A stretch of DNA of 64,000 nucleotides from the human T2T-CHM13v2.0 reference genome, Homo sapiens. The position numbers and the translations under genes are program-made. Under the pieces are notes generated by a model that saw only the letters and a program-made list of their open reading frames with translations, made no database searches and was not told where the DNA came from. Each line of letters begins with the position of its first letter. Within the stretch, counting starts at the first letter, position 1. The DNA is taken from assembly GCF_009914755.1 (NCBI RefSeq), contig NC_060925.1. One strand, written 5' to 3'. This document shows positions 30,351 through 55,600 of this stretch, one piece after another.

Positions 30351-31291
30351 TAAAATAAGTGACCTTGTGTTCTTTAACCAGTCTACATCTTTAGAGATCA
30401 AAAATTTATGTTATTATGGGCTATGCGAATGACCTCTAAAAAACATCAGAATATTTCTGGCTATTTAATAATAGCTTTATATATGACTACTGCTCATTTC
30501 TGTGTAATTCTGTTTAATAGTTGCTTTAAAGTTGAATTCGGCTACATTTACTTTGAGAACGATATAAAGAGATAGACATGAACTTGAATTTCAGTTTAAA
30601 ATCATGCAAGATAGGAAAAAAAAACCATAAGAAAAATCAACTGATAAACTGCAAGAAAAAAAACATGCAACTTATACCACAAAGGGTAATTGCTTTATTA
30701 TTTAGAGAGTACTTAAAAATTCAAAGACCAAACTTCTCTCCACCCCACAAAAATAGATAAAGGACATACAGGTAGGTCACCAAGAAAGAAGGGCAAGTAG
30801 CCAGTGAATATATATAGAGATACTTGATAGGACTTTTGCTTAGCTGGATCTTTAGCAAATCTCTTTTATTTCTTGGGATTTTGAAGAAGTAACTTTTAAA
30901 AGAGGACTTAAAACTAAATGCTTGGGAATTGGCCTTTTTTAGAATGAAAATTTCCCAACACAAGAAAAAAAATCCTGGGTTCTTTATTTTCCAGAATGGA
31001 GTAGGTCACTGAGCAATATGATTAATAAATATGCAATGCCTCTGACTTCTGTTTTGTTTTGTTTTGGAGACAGGGTCTTGCCCTGGGGCTGGAGTGCAGT
31101 GGTGCAATCTAGGCTCACTGCAACCTCACCTGTGACTTTTTAATTGCAAGAAAGCCAAAAGGTTTGTTTTCGATTACATCATTTATAATGGGAAATACTG
31201 TATATACTATGAGTAAAATACTATATTGCCTAACTTGTATTATTAAACAATTCTGCTGACCTTTGACCTTACATTTACATCTGAAAAGCAG

Positions 31292-39300
<8,009 letters not shown>

Positions 39301-42300
39301 GCAGGGGCTGGACACCAATTGCTCTCTGAAGCTATTCCTAGCCCTAACATTCTTTGTTTTGTTTGCTGTTTTGGCACACTAAGTGTGTAAAGTTTATGAG
39401 GCTTAAATGAAATTTTCTGTCTCTACCATTACAATGAGAAAGGAGTAAAATATTTTTATTTTGCAAATCTACTTATGGAATATAGTTTCTAATATACTTA
39501 TGTTTTAAAAGCCTTCAAAAGCCAAGAGGAAACAAAATACTACCCATTCCTTCTGAGAAATGCACTTCTTTCTGTACCTGATTGTTCTCATAATCCCTGT
39601 GTTGATATGTAATGCCACAAAAATGCTCTTGATAGTAACAGGAAAGAGGATCAGACACAGCTAACCGTAAAGGTCAGTTGGCTGGCAGGTGCTTAGTAGA
39701 TGCAAATAGAGGCCCATTCATGCTACTACACCTGCTCCTGAAAAGCATAATGCAAATACAGTATACTAATTTAGGAGGCAAAGAACCATCTAACATCAAA
39801 CTTTAAAAGAGTTGGCCACAGTTTAATGACATCCCTGCACACCAGCCTCCACCCACACTGCCCTTCATAAGCCCCTAAAAGGAGATTCCATAGTTCTAAA
39901 CCTGGTCTACAAACACACATATCCTCATTCTCTCCTTTTCTTCTCTTTGGCAGTTTGGCAAAATCTTTAGGGGGAGTTGGAGGAAACATTAGTGTTTAAT
40001 CTCCTAAATCCCCTTCATTCAAAGCTTTGGCTTCAAGTTCTACCCCTGTTAAGGCCTCAGGAAGTTCACTGTCGACACCCTCCCTTTGAACTCAGTCACT
40101 AAAATGATCTCAAGGCTAAGGGATAGACCACAGCTCCACTTCACAAGTAAGCTTGCAACACCTGATTTAGGAAAGTTTGCTGTGCAGACAGTTGTAGCTC
40201 ATCCCTTTTACAGACCAATCTTGATTTGTTTCCTAGGGTTAAAATTATTTAAATCAAAATCTCTCAGAACTTTGTGGGCATTTGGTAAATTCATGCTGGG
40301 GGAGAACTGGCAGAGACATGTTAAATGCACTTGACCACAAGAACCGTTTATTTCATCCAATATTTACCAGTTATTCATTGTACACCTACTATAGATTTTG
40401 GCACTGTAGATATGAGAAAATGCTATCCCTGACTCACGAAACTTATCCAAAAAGTAGAGAACAAGGCTCAGCCATTCAAATGAAGCCTCAGTTGAATCAA
40501 ATAAAAATAAGTTTTAAATATTTAATGTGAAAGTCTTCGAGTATGTTAAGAATGGCTTAACTCAGGGATAGAAATTTTACTGATTGAAAGAAAATTTCAA
40601 CAAAATACCAATCTTTGAATCTAATTTGACACCCGAAACTAGGCAATCAAACATTAGCACTATTTTTTCTTCTATAGTTTATAATAAAATTTCTCATGAG
40701 AAAAAAAGACATTTTTCTTCCAAGCCTGAAAATGGATGGAGAATTTTTAATATTTATTGTTGCTGAGAACAGTAAATAGACTATCCACTTTCACAAATGA
40801 AGGCTGGCTTTGAGCCACAGAACATATCTGTTATATCACTCTTTGACACCATATATTAACAGAAATAATAATTTTCCCGCATTGAGTTTCCTATTTACCA
40901 TCTCTTTAATTATACCCGCTTTAATTGCTGTCATGGAGTGTTGAATTTTATAATCCAAGATACTAAGATGTTTATCTGATATACCACCTCCACACTTAAT
41001 GTCTTATAATCTCTGCCAAGAATTTAAAAATTTTTGTTGGTCGGACAGGAAGAGGAAATTCCATGGTTTGGTGAACCCAGAAATTGTTCAGTACATCTCG
41101 GTTATAAAACTGTGTTAAATACACTTAAACTCTATAATTCTATAAGACCCATTTTAGGTTTATACACTGAGCATCCAGTTCCTCACCGTCCTCTCATAGG
41201 TTAACCCTGTGTAATACAAGTTCTGCTCCCATAATTCTATGAACAAAACAGCCCTTGATATATAGGTTTGATTTTTTAAATACATTTTCTTTACTTTATT
41301 CTAAATGTAACATAAGGTCAACATAGAAAACTGAAAAGCATAAGGAAAGTGAAATATCTGTAATCTTATCAACCATTGTTAATTTTGCTGTATTCCTAGT
41401 TTCTTTTTATACATATCAATATGGTACTTTTGTTTTAATAAAAGGACTGCCAAAAGGCACATGCCAATTTGGACTCTGCTTTTTCCACTTACAATGATAT
41501 CATAGTTTCTCATATTTGGTATTCTTTTGCAATATTTGCTGCATAGAATTCCATCACACAAAGGTAACTGCCAGAAATTCTTTATTACTTTTGCTAGACA
41601 CTTAGGGTTTACATTTTTTCAAAAATTAATCACATCAGAGTTTTGATCACATCAGAGCTTTGATCACAGCTCTGATGATTTCTCTGGGAACTGAGAGCCT
41701 AACACAAGTCATGTCCACTTTAAGACTTTTAACATACTGAAAAGTTATGTTACAGAGTGCTGGTCCCCCTGCAACACGTTCACTCACATTGGCTGACGTT
41801 TTAATTCTTTGCCAATCTGAGGGGAAGAAATGTCAACTCTTTGTTTGCTCTTTTAATGTCAGTCATGTCCTTTTCCTTTTACCGGTCATTCCGGTTTACT
41901 CACAATCCTACAAATCAATCCTGCTCATTCTTAATTTTCCAGTATTGTTCCTCAGATTGTTTCACCAGAAAAGTTCTCCCCCTTATCCACTCTTCACCTA
42001 ACAATTTCTACCCATCCGAATCCTTCTGCATTTATTGCTTCCAGGAATTTGGCACTTAGGACACCCTTGTCCTTACATTGTTCATGCATGTATATTTCGT
42101 CTTCAATAAAAAATTTAGTTGCTCAAGGGCAAGGGCCCCATAGAGTCTCAATATTCTAATTGCCTGGTGTTGCTTAATAAATTAGATTCGGAAGGGTCCC
42201 CTCCAGGGAGGGGAGCAAAGGGCAAATTACCTTAGGGGCTGGGAGTGCAGAAGCCAAACCTTTGAGATTGTGAAAACAAGACGGCCCCGAGACGATCCAG

Positions 42301-42559
42301 TAGCAGACATTCAAGCAAGAAAAACTCAAATATTGTTCCCAATAATGCCTGACTAATGCCAAATACCAAGTAAGGGCCCAGGCAGTCCTGACAGCCTGCA
42401 GTGCCCCAGGATAAAACTAACCCTGAGGGGTGCTAGCCCACGGTGACCCCCTGTCTAGACTCTGGATCTCTATTTTTAGGTCGAAGTGCTTTATTCTTGA
42501 CTCCCGAATTCCCGGAAACTATTACCAAAGCAGCTTAGTTTTCTCTCCACCCTGCCTGG

Positions 42560-43700
<1,141 letters not shown>

Positions 43701-44133
43701 GAGCAGGCTCTCGGTGCCTGGGGTTAGAGAGGTGGTAAGGGCGCGCCATGCTTTTTGTGCCTTCTGTGAACAGTCTCCGTGTTACCTGAGCTCCTATTAG
43801 TTTGTAAATGGCTGCTTTTTTGGGGGGTGGGTGGGCCATCGAGTCTTCTTCCTGTTCCCAACCAATATAGATAGTATCTGATTCCATTGCCTAATGGCTT
43901 TTTGACATTGTTTTCCTTCTTTTCATTACTTTGAGTCATATTTGAGAGATGTGAAACAACCTAAAAAACAATGGTAGCCAAACCTAGTGAGAAATTAGTA
44001 TCCTAACAAAGGAAGGCAGATAATGTTAATCTTGTTTTCCCCTGCAGCTCATAAGCTAAAGCTTAAGGCCTATCCCACTAAATTTATTTTGTATTTCATT
44101 GAATGGAATCAATACTTTTAAAAATGCATGCTA

Positions 44134-44450
<317 letters not shown>

Positions 44451-45649
44451 GAAATACATGCTTATTGTGCGATACGAACAGAATCAAAAGACAGCTATTT
44501 TTAATATTTTGGCATATTTGTTTCTGCCTTCATGTGCGCGTCATGTGTATCTATGTCCAAATTATATTTAGGATCCAATAACATGTATAGTTTCTACGTT
44601 GCATTTTTTTCCTTAGGAGCATTCATTCAACGAATATGGGTCTTGTATGTCTGGTGCTATTACACTGGTAGGCAATAACAAACCATTCCTATTTTCTTGA
44701 TCCTTTTTTCACTATTTGTTTACACACACATTCATGCAGGAAGATAAGCAGGGACTTTGTTTTGCTCAATGATAAGTGCTCAGTGCCGGGAACACAGTAG
44801 ATAACCAATAAATTATTTGCTAAAATGTATTGGGATTGGCAGACATTAAAATCCAAAACATAATAGTGACAAATAAATTATGAACCAAGGGAAGTGCTCT
44901 GGAGGCAAGCAGTATAATTTTCAGATATAAATCTGACAGCATTTAACAAATGATTGGAGAGAGGGAAGGCTTCTCTGCTCATCAAACAGACTTTGGGGCA
45001 TCTGTGCTTGCTGTTCCCTCAGCCCAGGAACATTCTCCTCCTGACCTGCTGCAGAAACAGTCTCGCTCTTCTGCAAACTCAGCTGGAATGTTACACCCTC
45101 AGAGACCTTCTCTGATCACCCCACCTCGCGACCCCCCCATCTCAGGTTGAACACATACAACCCAGTTCAAGTCCCTCTTCACTTGTAATCACCCTTTTAA
45201 AATGACCTTTTCTGTTCTTTGTCTCACCCTGTCAGAATGCAGGGATCCTGTCTGTCTTGTCGCACTTGTGGTTCCAAAAGCCCGATTTGTTTACCTCTGT
45301 ATCTGTTAAATACCAGAAAATTAAATATACTATTTGGCTGGGGCTTAGAGCCTAGGAAAAAGTTCCTCCTGCCTCCAAGAGGAAGGTTCTTTAAAGAGCT
45401 ATGCTCAGGATGGTCTTTCTGCGGTACCTAAAAAGCTAGGGCAGTGGCAGCTGAGAGCCAGAAAGGATCTGTCTCCCCTATTTGTTGACTCTGCAGGGCT
45501 TCCAGTACTTCAGTCTTGCATCTCACTGATCATTAAAACGTTCATTTTGAAGGAGGGTAATGGGAGTAGGGAGTAGTGGTGATAAGAAGAAAACAAAAGG
45601 ACTTTTTTTTTTTTTCTTTTAAGATTAATGTTTAGAATAGGCTTAGTGC

Positions 45650-45920
45650 TAGAAGTTCAGCCTGGACAGCATAAGCAGACCTCACCTATACAAAACATGT
45701 AAAAAAAAAAAAAAAAAATTAGCCAGGTGTGATGTTGCATGCCTGTGGTCCTAGCTACTTGGGAGACTGAAGGGGGAGGATCACTGGAGCCCCTCATGGT
45801 CAAGGCTGCAGTGAGCCCTGATCATACTCCAGCTTGGATAACAGAGCAAGAGACCCTGTCTCAAAACAAAACAAAACACACACACATACACACACAAACA
45901 AACAAAAAAAGAAACAAAAT
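45650..45920 (+). mobile_element. Partial old Alu with A/CA tail
   Basis: cagcctggacagcata...tagccaggtgtg...agaccctgtctcaaaac. Confidence 0.8.
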
Positions 45921-47456
45921 AGGAAGCTGAAGAAGATAATGAAAGCGATTTGAAATAGAGGAACATAGAATTATGAAATGAATAGGGTGCAACATGGAAA
46001 ATAACAAAACTAAGAATGAAGAGAAGGAAAAGCAAGCTTAAGTTTGAGGTTCATAAGGGTAAATCAAGACAGGTATGAAACCTAGAGAAAGTAAAAATGA
46101 GAAGTCACGATGCTAGGCAGAGAGAATACGTGAATTAAAATAAACATTCAATTTTTGGAGCAACTCACTCTCACAAGGAGAAGGTTTCGTAAGCAGACAG
46201 TGCTGTGCATGGGAGACCTGCCCTCTCAAAGGTAGTTGCCAAATGGTTCCAGATAGTTGAAGGAAACATGTATCAAATTTCAGGCCAGTCTCATTCCTCC
46301 AGAAGAGGAGCTGCTTTTTTGGACAAAACCCGCAATCTCCTGTTGTGCGTGGTCTCTTCTGCCTATTTTAGGTGTTTTCCTTATTTCCAGTGAAAGAAGC
46401 CAAGATCAGTAAGCACTTACACAGTAGCGTCTCAGTTTCCTTACTGGGCATACTACAATGCAAAGAGAGCAGTCCATATCTGGTCACCTGCCAGGATACC
46501 AGAAGACTGGGAGATAGGCAGCACAAGAAATGGCCTAATCTTCTTTCTCCATTGTGCTGTAGAATGATTATTTTCAATATGAAATTGATTACAATATATT
46601 CTTCACATTGTTTTGTGTTTGACAGCAGTGGATTTTGAATACCAAATTTTTTTTGAATAGCTACTCTGAGTGACATATTGTGCTGGGTGTTGTGGCCACA
46701 TGGATGAATGGAGTTGGCCTTGTTAACTATTAAACACAAAAGCATGTGATAGTTACCTGAGAGATCCATGCAGGGGAGAGTCCAGGGGAAGGTGACTGAT
46801 CACTGCTTCCCAGGGGGAGGCAGAAAATGCTTCCTGGAGGAGATGATGGGTGGATTAAGGAAGATGAGTTGAGCAGGAGTTGTAGCTACCAGCCAGGGAG
46901 GAAGGGTATTCAGAGCAGAGGAAGCAAGGTGAGCAAAGGCACCAAGATGTGACACTACTGGACTGCCAAGCTATTCAGTGTGGCAGAGTAGGGCAAAGGA
47001 GGCAAGAAAGAAGGAAGAGGATTAAATCACAGGGTGAGTAATTCTGAAAAGCAACAGACTCATCAGGAGTAAACACTCACCATCATAAATTCAGACTTTC
47101 ACGTTATTACCTGTCCTTTTAGGGCAACTTGAGCCTTTTGTTTGACTTAGCACAACATGAATCCAAACTAGGGTTGTTTTGATTTTCCCAGGCACGGTAG
47201 CAGACAATTTCTTGAATACTTATTTGCAGATAGAGTTTGTCAGTGTCAGCATTTCTTGTGCACCCACAAGGTGAGTATAGTAGAAAAAGAAGAACATGGT
47301 TCTTGACCCCCAGGAACTTGCCTTTTAAGAGAAGACACCCTGAAGTGACAAGCTGTTATAAGTTAGTGTTTTAAACTATGGAAGAACAATCTGAGCAGAG
47401 TACTCTATACTGTAGAAGACTTCTTAGAGGGGAAGTTACTTTTGAAATGAATTTAG

Positions 47457-47954
<498 letters not shown>

Positions 47955-48183
47955 TAAACAAACCTCTTTTTTTTTTCTGCTTGCTCTAGAGATTTGCATA
48001 CATTTTGGGGTACATATTCCACTACGGTGATGATGATTTTCTTCTTGTAAAATGAGGTTCAAGATAACAATGCATTTTTGCAAGCTTTGAGAAATCAAAA
48101 TCTCCAAGAAATCATTTTCCTGGCAATAGATTGCCTGGGTGAATATGAATCTTAAGTTTGCCCTTATAATAAGTAAATAATGA

Positions 48184-48390
<207 letters not shown>

Positions 48391-48989
48391 TAAGTTGCTC
48401 CTTAGAGGAAATAAGGGAAGTGTTAGTAATTTTATTTTTGTTTTGCTTCTCTTCTTAAGCATTCCTGTAAACTTAATTTTGCTTTCTATGTGACAAGTTA
48501 TACTTCTAGCCAAACAACTCTTGGATGTTTTATGGAGATAGGCAAGATATATAGTAAATAGAAAGTAATTGATATTGAAGGAAAGCAAAACTACTTGCTG
48601 TTTCTGACAATAAGTCTGTTGTAAGCATTAAGAATGTAGTAATCATGAGAATTTGTCCTTCACAACTGAGTGTCCCCTATTTAAATCTGCCAACTCTTAG
48701 AGTTGAAGTAGGGCTCACAAAAATGAGAAATAGAATTGCCAACTAAAGATACACTTGTATCCAGATGACTCTGTAAAGTGTTATCAGACCAAAACTGACG
48801 CGGTTAGCCTTTACCATCATGTTGATCAAAATCTCTCAGTTGAAAAACCTTATTTTTGAGACTGCTACAGTGTGAAGCATCTCAAGAGCAGGTACTGAGC
48901 CCTCGGTAATAGCCTTTGTTCTGTAGGGTATTGAAGTTGTATATATTGGAGATACTAGACATTTAAGATAAATGTGCATTTATAGAGTA

Positions 48990-49415
48990 AATGTAAGTAT
49001 TCTGCTATAACAGAATACTTGAGGCTAGGCATTTATAAAGAAAAGAAATGTATTTGGCTCATATTTCTGGAGGCTGGAGAGTTCAAGGAGATGGCAGTAG
49101 TGTCTGGCAAGGGCTTTTGTGCTGCATCATAACATGCTGGAAAGTGAAAGGGAAATTTAGCATGTGCAAAAAAGACAAAGCACAAGGGAGGGGGTTCTCG
49201 CTTTATAACAACGTGCTCTTATGGTAATGAATCCAAGCCTACAAGAATGAGAACTCATTCCCTGAAGAATTAATGAAGACCCTCTAGAAAGGCATTATAC
49301 CTCTTAATGACCTAATCATTTCTTAAAGGCCCCACCACCTCTCAATGCTGTTACACTGGCAATTAAATTTCAATATGAGTTTTGGTAGAGACAAACCAGA
49401 TTCAAACAATAGCAG
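48990..49415. mobile_element. MaLR LTR (MST/MLT-like)
   Basis: atttataaagaaaagaaatgtatttggctca...aaggccccacc...tttcaatatgagttttgg. Confidence 0.75.
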
Positions 49416-49849
49416 TAACACACCATAATATAGAAAAAGTAAGTGAGTCTTGGAGGAAAAATCAGCTGTGACTATGTAAGGCAACTGACAGTTTTTAAAA
49501 TTTGGTCAAGTAGAAATATTGGAATATTCAGTTGACACATACTGCTTGCTAGGCACACCGAGGGATACCAAAACTTTAAGACAGTGACCTTCCTAAAAGA
49601 AGTTCTAACCTTATTGAGAAATAATATATACTGAGAGCAATAAAAGCAAAATACTAAATGAGAAATACCAAATAAGTAGAATTATTCATGATAATTACTC
49701 TAAGAGTCCAGAAGGAGGAGAGATTCCTGTGAATTTAAATCAGGGAAGATTTCATTGAGTATAGGGGTATACTTAATGAAAGTATTCTTATACTCAGTGA
49801 GCTATTCCTAGAAATACACTCTGTTCTAAATAATATTAATAGAAGCTAA

Positions 49850-50050
49850 AACTCATGTAGCACTATCTATGTGCCAAATGCTAACTTATCTAATCCCCTA
49901 AACAACCCCATGTACTGTTATCCCCTTTTAATCAATTAGGAAGCTGAGTGAAGGAACTTTAAGTGACTTACCCAAGCTCAAGAAACTAGATAAGTTGAGA
50001 AGCAGGGACTTGAATCTAGCCATTCCAGCTCTAGGGCCTGTTCTCTCTAC
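49850..50050 (-). mobile_element. MIR fragment
   Basis: ggaagctgag...taagtgacttacccaag...gggacttgaatctag; strand tentative. Confidence 0.65.
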
Positions 50051-50385
50051 ACAGTCCTTGTCCTTACTGTGCAAAGTGGTGTGAGAAAAGGCACAGAAAT
50101 GAATGTGTAATGTGATTGCAGGAGGCAGCAAAGAGGCTGGGTGGAAAGGCACAGCAGATTTATTTAGACATCTTTGCTCTTGGCCAATATATATTCAAAT
50201 GGGGAAACTCTATTTGATTAAATTGCAGATTTATTTAGCACTTTCGTTATATAGTATGTTGTTTAAGAAACCACCCCCTCAAACTACTGTAGTGTAGAAA
50301 AGAAACCATATAAAAAATTCCTTCATTATTATGTGTGTCTTATTAATTGCTATACAAAACAGTAACCCTTTCTTTTCTCATTTAG

Positions 50386-50471
50386 TTATTACTTAATTGG
50401 TGAAGAAATTCTATATTGTGAACTTAAAGGATCAGTAGCAATTTGGAGCGGTAAGCCCCCAATATGTGAAA
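50386..50471 (+). CDS. CD46: CD46 exon 4 (CCP2b)
   Basis: [28 protein letters not shown]; AG/GT; 86 nt. Confidence 0.98.
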
Positions 50472-50502
50472 GTAAGTAAATTCTTTTTTTTTAAATTTAG
50501 AC

Positions 50503-51200
50503 CAGTAGTCCTCAAAGATTTTTGCCTCCTTTACACCCTTTACACTTTAAGATTAACAAAGATCCCAAAGAGGTTTCTTTTATGTGGGTTATATCTATTG
50601 GTATTTATCATATTGGAATTCAAACGGAGAGGTTTTTAAATAATTATTGATTCTTTTTGGTTTTGTTTGTTTTTCCTAAGACACGGTCTCAGGCTATTTC
50701 CCAGGCTGGGGTGCAGTGGCAACAATCTCAGCTCATTGCAGCCTCAGCCTCTCCAGTAGCTGGGGCTTCAGGCATGTGCCACTATGCCTGGCTTTTTGTA
50801 ATTTTTGAAGAGACGGGGTTTTGCCATGATGCCCAGGCTGGTCTTGAAATCCCATGCTCAAGCAGTCTGCCCCCGTGGGCCTCCCAAAGTGCTGGGATTA
50901 CAAATGTGAGCCACCCCACCTGGCCTGATTAATTTGTAAGAATAAATGCAATACAAATTAACATATGTAACATAATTTTGATGAAAAATAATAATTTTCC
51001 AAATCAAAATAAAATTAGTGAGAATAGTGGCATTGTTCACATTTTTTGCACATCTCTTCAACATCTGGCTTAAAGCAAGATTGTATTTGGCCTGTTGTGT
51101 TATCACACAATATGTAGCCTTTGGAAAAATATCACTATATTCTTATTAGGATCAGAGTGAAAAAAGACAATAATATTTTGGTGGTATTGTGAATCACCAA
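50503..51200. mobile_element. hAT-Charlie-like DNA transposon fossil with an antisense Alu at about 50660-50925
   Basis: cagtagtcctcaaa...ccctttacact...tttatgtgggttatatctat terminal motif; family uncertain. Confidence 0.6.
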
Positions 51201-51337
51201 TTTAGAAAATGGATATATTTATAAATTGCAAAGGATTTCTTAACTAGCACCGAGTTAAGCATATTTTCTCATTAATTGTCAGCATTTCTTGTGATGACTA
51301 GAACAGAACTTAGCATGGCCTTCCAAATAAATACAGG

Positions 51338-51764
51338 CGTATTAGGCCGTTTTCGTATTGCTCTAAAGAAATACCTGAGACTGGGTAATTTATAAAGAAA
51401 AGAAGTTTAATTGGCTCATGTTTCTACAAGCTGTACAGGAAGCATGGTGCTGGCATCTGCTGGGGGTTTGGGTAGGCCTCGGGAAACTTAACAACCATTG
51501 GGAAAGACAGAAGGAGAGCAAGGTGTCTCACATGGCAGGAGCAGGAGGAGCAAGGTGGGGAGGACGGGAGGTGTTGCGCACTTTTAAATAACCAGATCTC
51601 CCAAGCACTCAGTATCACGAGAACAGCACCAAGGGGACGGTGCTAAACCATTCATGAGAAATCCACCCCCATGATTCAGACCCCTCCCACCAGGCCCCAC
51701 CTCCAACATTGTGGACTACAATTTGACATGCGATTTGGTGGGGACACAGATCCAAACCATATCA
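51338..51764. mobile_element. MSTA-like MaLR LTR
   Basis: gtattaggccgttttc...aaagaaatacctgagactgggtaatttataaag...gacacagatccaaaccatatca. Confidence 0.85.
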
Positions 51765-51995
51765 ATAGGTATTTACACTTTAAGAAAATGAGATTTGTTC
51801 TGAAAGTTAGTTACTACATTAATGGTTTGAATTTGGGATGATATATTTGCTCATAGAAACCTTCTTTTAAATCCATATTGAATTCACAACCAGCTTGTAG
51901 AAACCCTATATTGACAAATTTATTGAAGACACAGAAATTTTACTAATGCTGTCTTAATCTTTTACATTTCCTTTCCTCTTTTTCTTCATTTTTAA

Positions 51996-52226
<231 letters not shown>

Positions 52227-52699
52227 TAAATACTATGGAAACATTTTGTAAATAGTTTCATCTACAGATAAACAAAGCAGGTGTATGTGCTTCCTCCTCC
52301 TGTATAATTGGTTTCTAATTTATTTTAATTCAGGTCAATTCAAGTCAAAAAATAGTTCTAGCTAGAGTTCCCTATTTCTCACCCCTACATGTTCTTGGCA
52401 TTTCATTTTATACAGTGTGAACTACTGTGTACCTGCATGAGTTAGAAGTTTTTGTTTGAAAGAACCAAAAAAAAAAAAAATACACACTGGCTTAAAGAAA
52501 GTTTCATCTTGTATTACAAGAAATCTAAGAGTTCTGGCTATGGTAGTGGTAAACTGTGACAGACTAATCGTCTCACAAATAAAAATGATAAACTCTGGAT
52601 AAAAAAAATTTTTTTTTTAAAGACCAAATGTTTAAGGCACTCTGGAGTGACCAAAAGTATGAAGACCATGTAGGGGACTTGCCCATTTAAAGAAAGAAA

Positions 52700-55600
52700 T
52701 CACTGAATAACAGTGATTTAAAAGTATATACTCCCCAAGTACACATGAAACATTCTCCAAAGTAGACCATATTCTAGACAATAAGACAACTTTTAACAAA
52801 CTTCAGAAAATTGAAATCATTCAACATGCATTATCACAATAGAATGAAAGCAGAAATCAATAACAAAGCCAATCCCCAAAGAATTGGAAAGTGTACAGGA
52901 CACTTCTAAATAACCCATGCATAAAAGAAGTAGTCAGCAGGGAGATTAGAAAGTGTTTTGAATTGAATAAAAACACAACATCTCAAAATATCCAAATATG
53001 TAGGATGCAGCTAAAGCATTGCTTACAGGGGAATGTATAGCATAATATACTTGTGTTAGAAAAAAAGAAAAGTCTCAAATCAATGATCTAATTTTCCACC
53101 TTAAGAAACTGAAAAAGAGCAAGTTAAATCCCAAACTAGCAGATGTAAGGAAATGATAAAAATAGAGCCAAAATCAATGAAATTGAGAAAAGAAAAAAAA
53201 ATAGAGGAAATCAGTGAAACCAACAGTTGCTACTTGGAGATCAATAAAGTGTGTAAACCTGTAGCCAGACTGACAAAAAAAGACGCAAATTAACCAATAC
53301 TGAGAATGAAAGAAGTGGTGGCCAGGCGCGGCACCCCAGCCAGCTTGAAGACCCTGCCCTCCTGCAGCCGGCAGGGGCAGTCACTCCCGGACTTGTCCTT
53401 TTAGAAGTTCCAGCTTTACCACTTGCTGGTGGAGCCCAACCACTGCCGCAGGGTCCTCATCGCCAACACGCCTGGCAGATCCAAGAGGAGATGGCCCAGG
53501 ATGAGACGTGGCACACACAGGCACCCGAGAGTGTGGGGTTGGCGTTGTTCCACTGCCTGGTTTCTGCAGAGATCCTGTGCCTGTGGCCTGTGCCCGCCAT
53601 GTGGAAGCCAGAGGGGGTGTGCCATGCCCCCCGCTTTGGACACTGCTGCGTGAAGGGGCCAGTTTTCAGACCTTTGCTCTGTCACCTCAGCACTGGCGCC
53701 AGGAGCCCTGAAGAGCAGCATCTGGGAGACGGACAGCCCTGGGGAAAATAGAGGAGGCGTTCAGAAGTAGCTAGATGAGATATTTGAAATACTGAAGACC
53801 AAAAACCCCAGTTTGCATGGAAGAACTGGCCTCAGATGTGGTCAGTTCCTATGATGACCTGGACACACGGTGCTGACCCACACGATGGGAGGTGGCCCTG
53901 CAAAGCATTCAGAGGCTTGGGCCTGCTGCCGTCCGGCCTCCCACCTCCAGCTGCAATTGCATTCTGACCTGGGCAAGTAGGAACACGTAGTGGAGATCCT
54001 GATGGAGACCTGAGCCAGGCGTCCCGGAGTGCTGGCCAGGCGTGGAGTACGGGATCCAGCTAAGGGAGACTGGCCAGCCTATAGCCCCCCAGCCTTGCTG
54101 GCTCCTCTGCTAATTCCAGCAGGGTCTGCAGCCCCAGACCCATCCCCTTCCTTCCCGTCTGCAGAGGGCAGGCCAGAGGCTGGTCTCAGTGGGAGCTAGG
54201 GCTCTCCTCAAGGGCTTTTTGACCTTGGGCCAGTCTTGACATCCCCACAGCCCTGCGCCCCTCATCACTTTTCGTGTCTCTCGGAGACGGTGAGCTGCAA
54301 CTGCAGCAATCTTGTTTAAATTTAGGTAGGTGAATTTCTTAGAATTAAGTTTCATATGTTTTGAGCAATAAGTTTTCTTAAGATATATATATTTTAATCT
54401 TTTTAGTTTTATCTCTGAATATTTTTTATTTTTTTTCAATGTATTTTTTTTCTGGAAACATTCTGTGCTGCTACATTAGAGCCTACACAGTTTAGTTGGT
54501 ACATTTCATTCTTTTAAGGTTCAAATAAGGGATTTTATTTTCCAGTGAGTTTCCTTGCATTGTTAACAAGTCAACAGCGTTAACGTATGATTTTTTGGTT
54601 TTTTTTTTTTTTGTATACTTTAAATTTGTGTGCAACCCTTCTCATTTATGCCCTGTGTTACAGTGAGAGCTTGGTCAAAGTGGGGAAAACACACACAGCT
54701 GCTACACTTTTTTTTTTTTTTTTGTCATTGGAACATTTGTGCCATGTCTTCCTAGACTTAAGTGTAAATTATGGAGGGTTTTATTTGACAATTTATATGT
54801 AAATGTCATTGAAGGCTAAGGTTAAATCTTTGGAAATCACAGGCACCAGTTGATCTTTAGAGACCTCAGATCCCCTCAGGTGGCGCCTTGTGATAGGCGG
54901 TGTTCTGGGAGGCTTCCTGTCAGGTTCCACAGCACAGGCACCTGCTCTGGGCACGGACTGAGCTCCTGGGGTGTGCACGGAGCTGCGGTGCGCCAGTCAC
55001 ATGCGCTTGGAAACAGCATGTGCTGCTGGATTGGAAATGCCTACGTTGCTCTGTTAAATTGGTGCTGGAGCCAAAACCTAAGGTTAAATTTAAGTCTAGA
55101 ATGAAAGAAATCTGAATCCATGTAATTAATGGCCGCTCGATCTTGAGAGTCCTTGACGGCCCTGCCTCAGGAAGTGAGGTGGGGGTGCCTACACCTTTCA
55201 CTTTCCTTCCTCACGTCCACCCCGTATGTGTTTCTCATCCTTTTTCTGACTTCCCCCCATCCCTTAGCCAAAAAGCTTTATATTCTTTTGTGCATATGGT
55301 CATTCTTTAATATCAGTGATGTAAACTTTACTTGATTACTTTACAAAATTATTCAACAGACAAACAAAAGAATGAAAAAGAGAATATCACTAAATATCCT
55401 ACAGACATTTAAAGGATGACAAGGGAATATTATAAACAACTTTATGCCTACAAATTTGACAACTGAAATGGACAGATTCCTTGAAAGATACAAAATGTCA
55501 AAACTCACTTGAAGATATGGATAACCTGAATACTCCTATATCTACCAAAGAAATAAAATTTGTAGTTAATAACCTACTGAAGGTCCAGATGGCTTCACTG

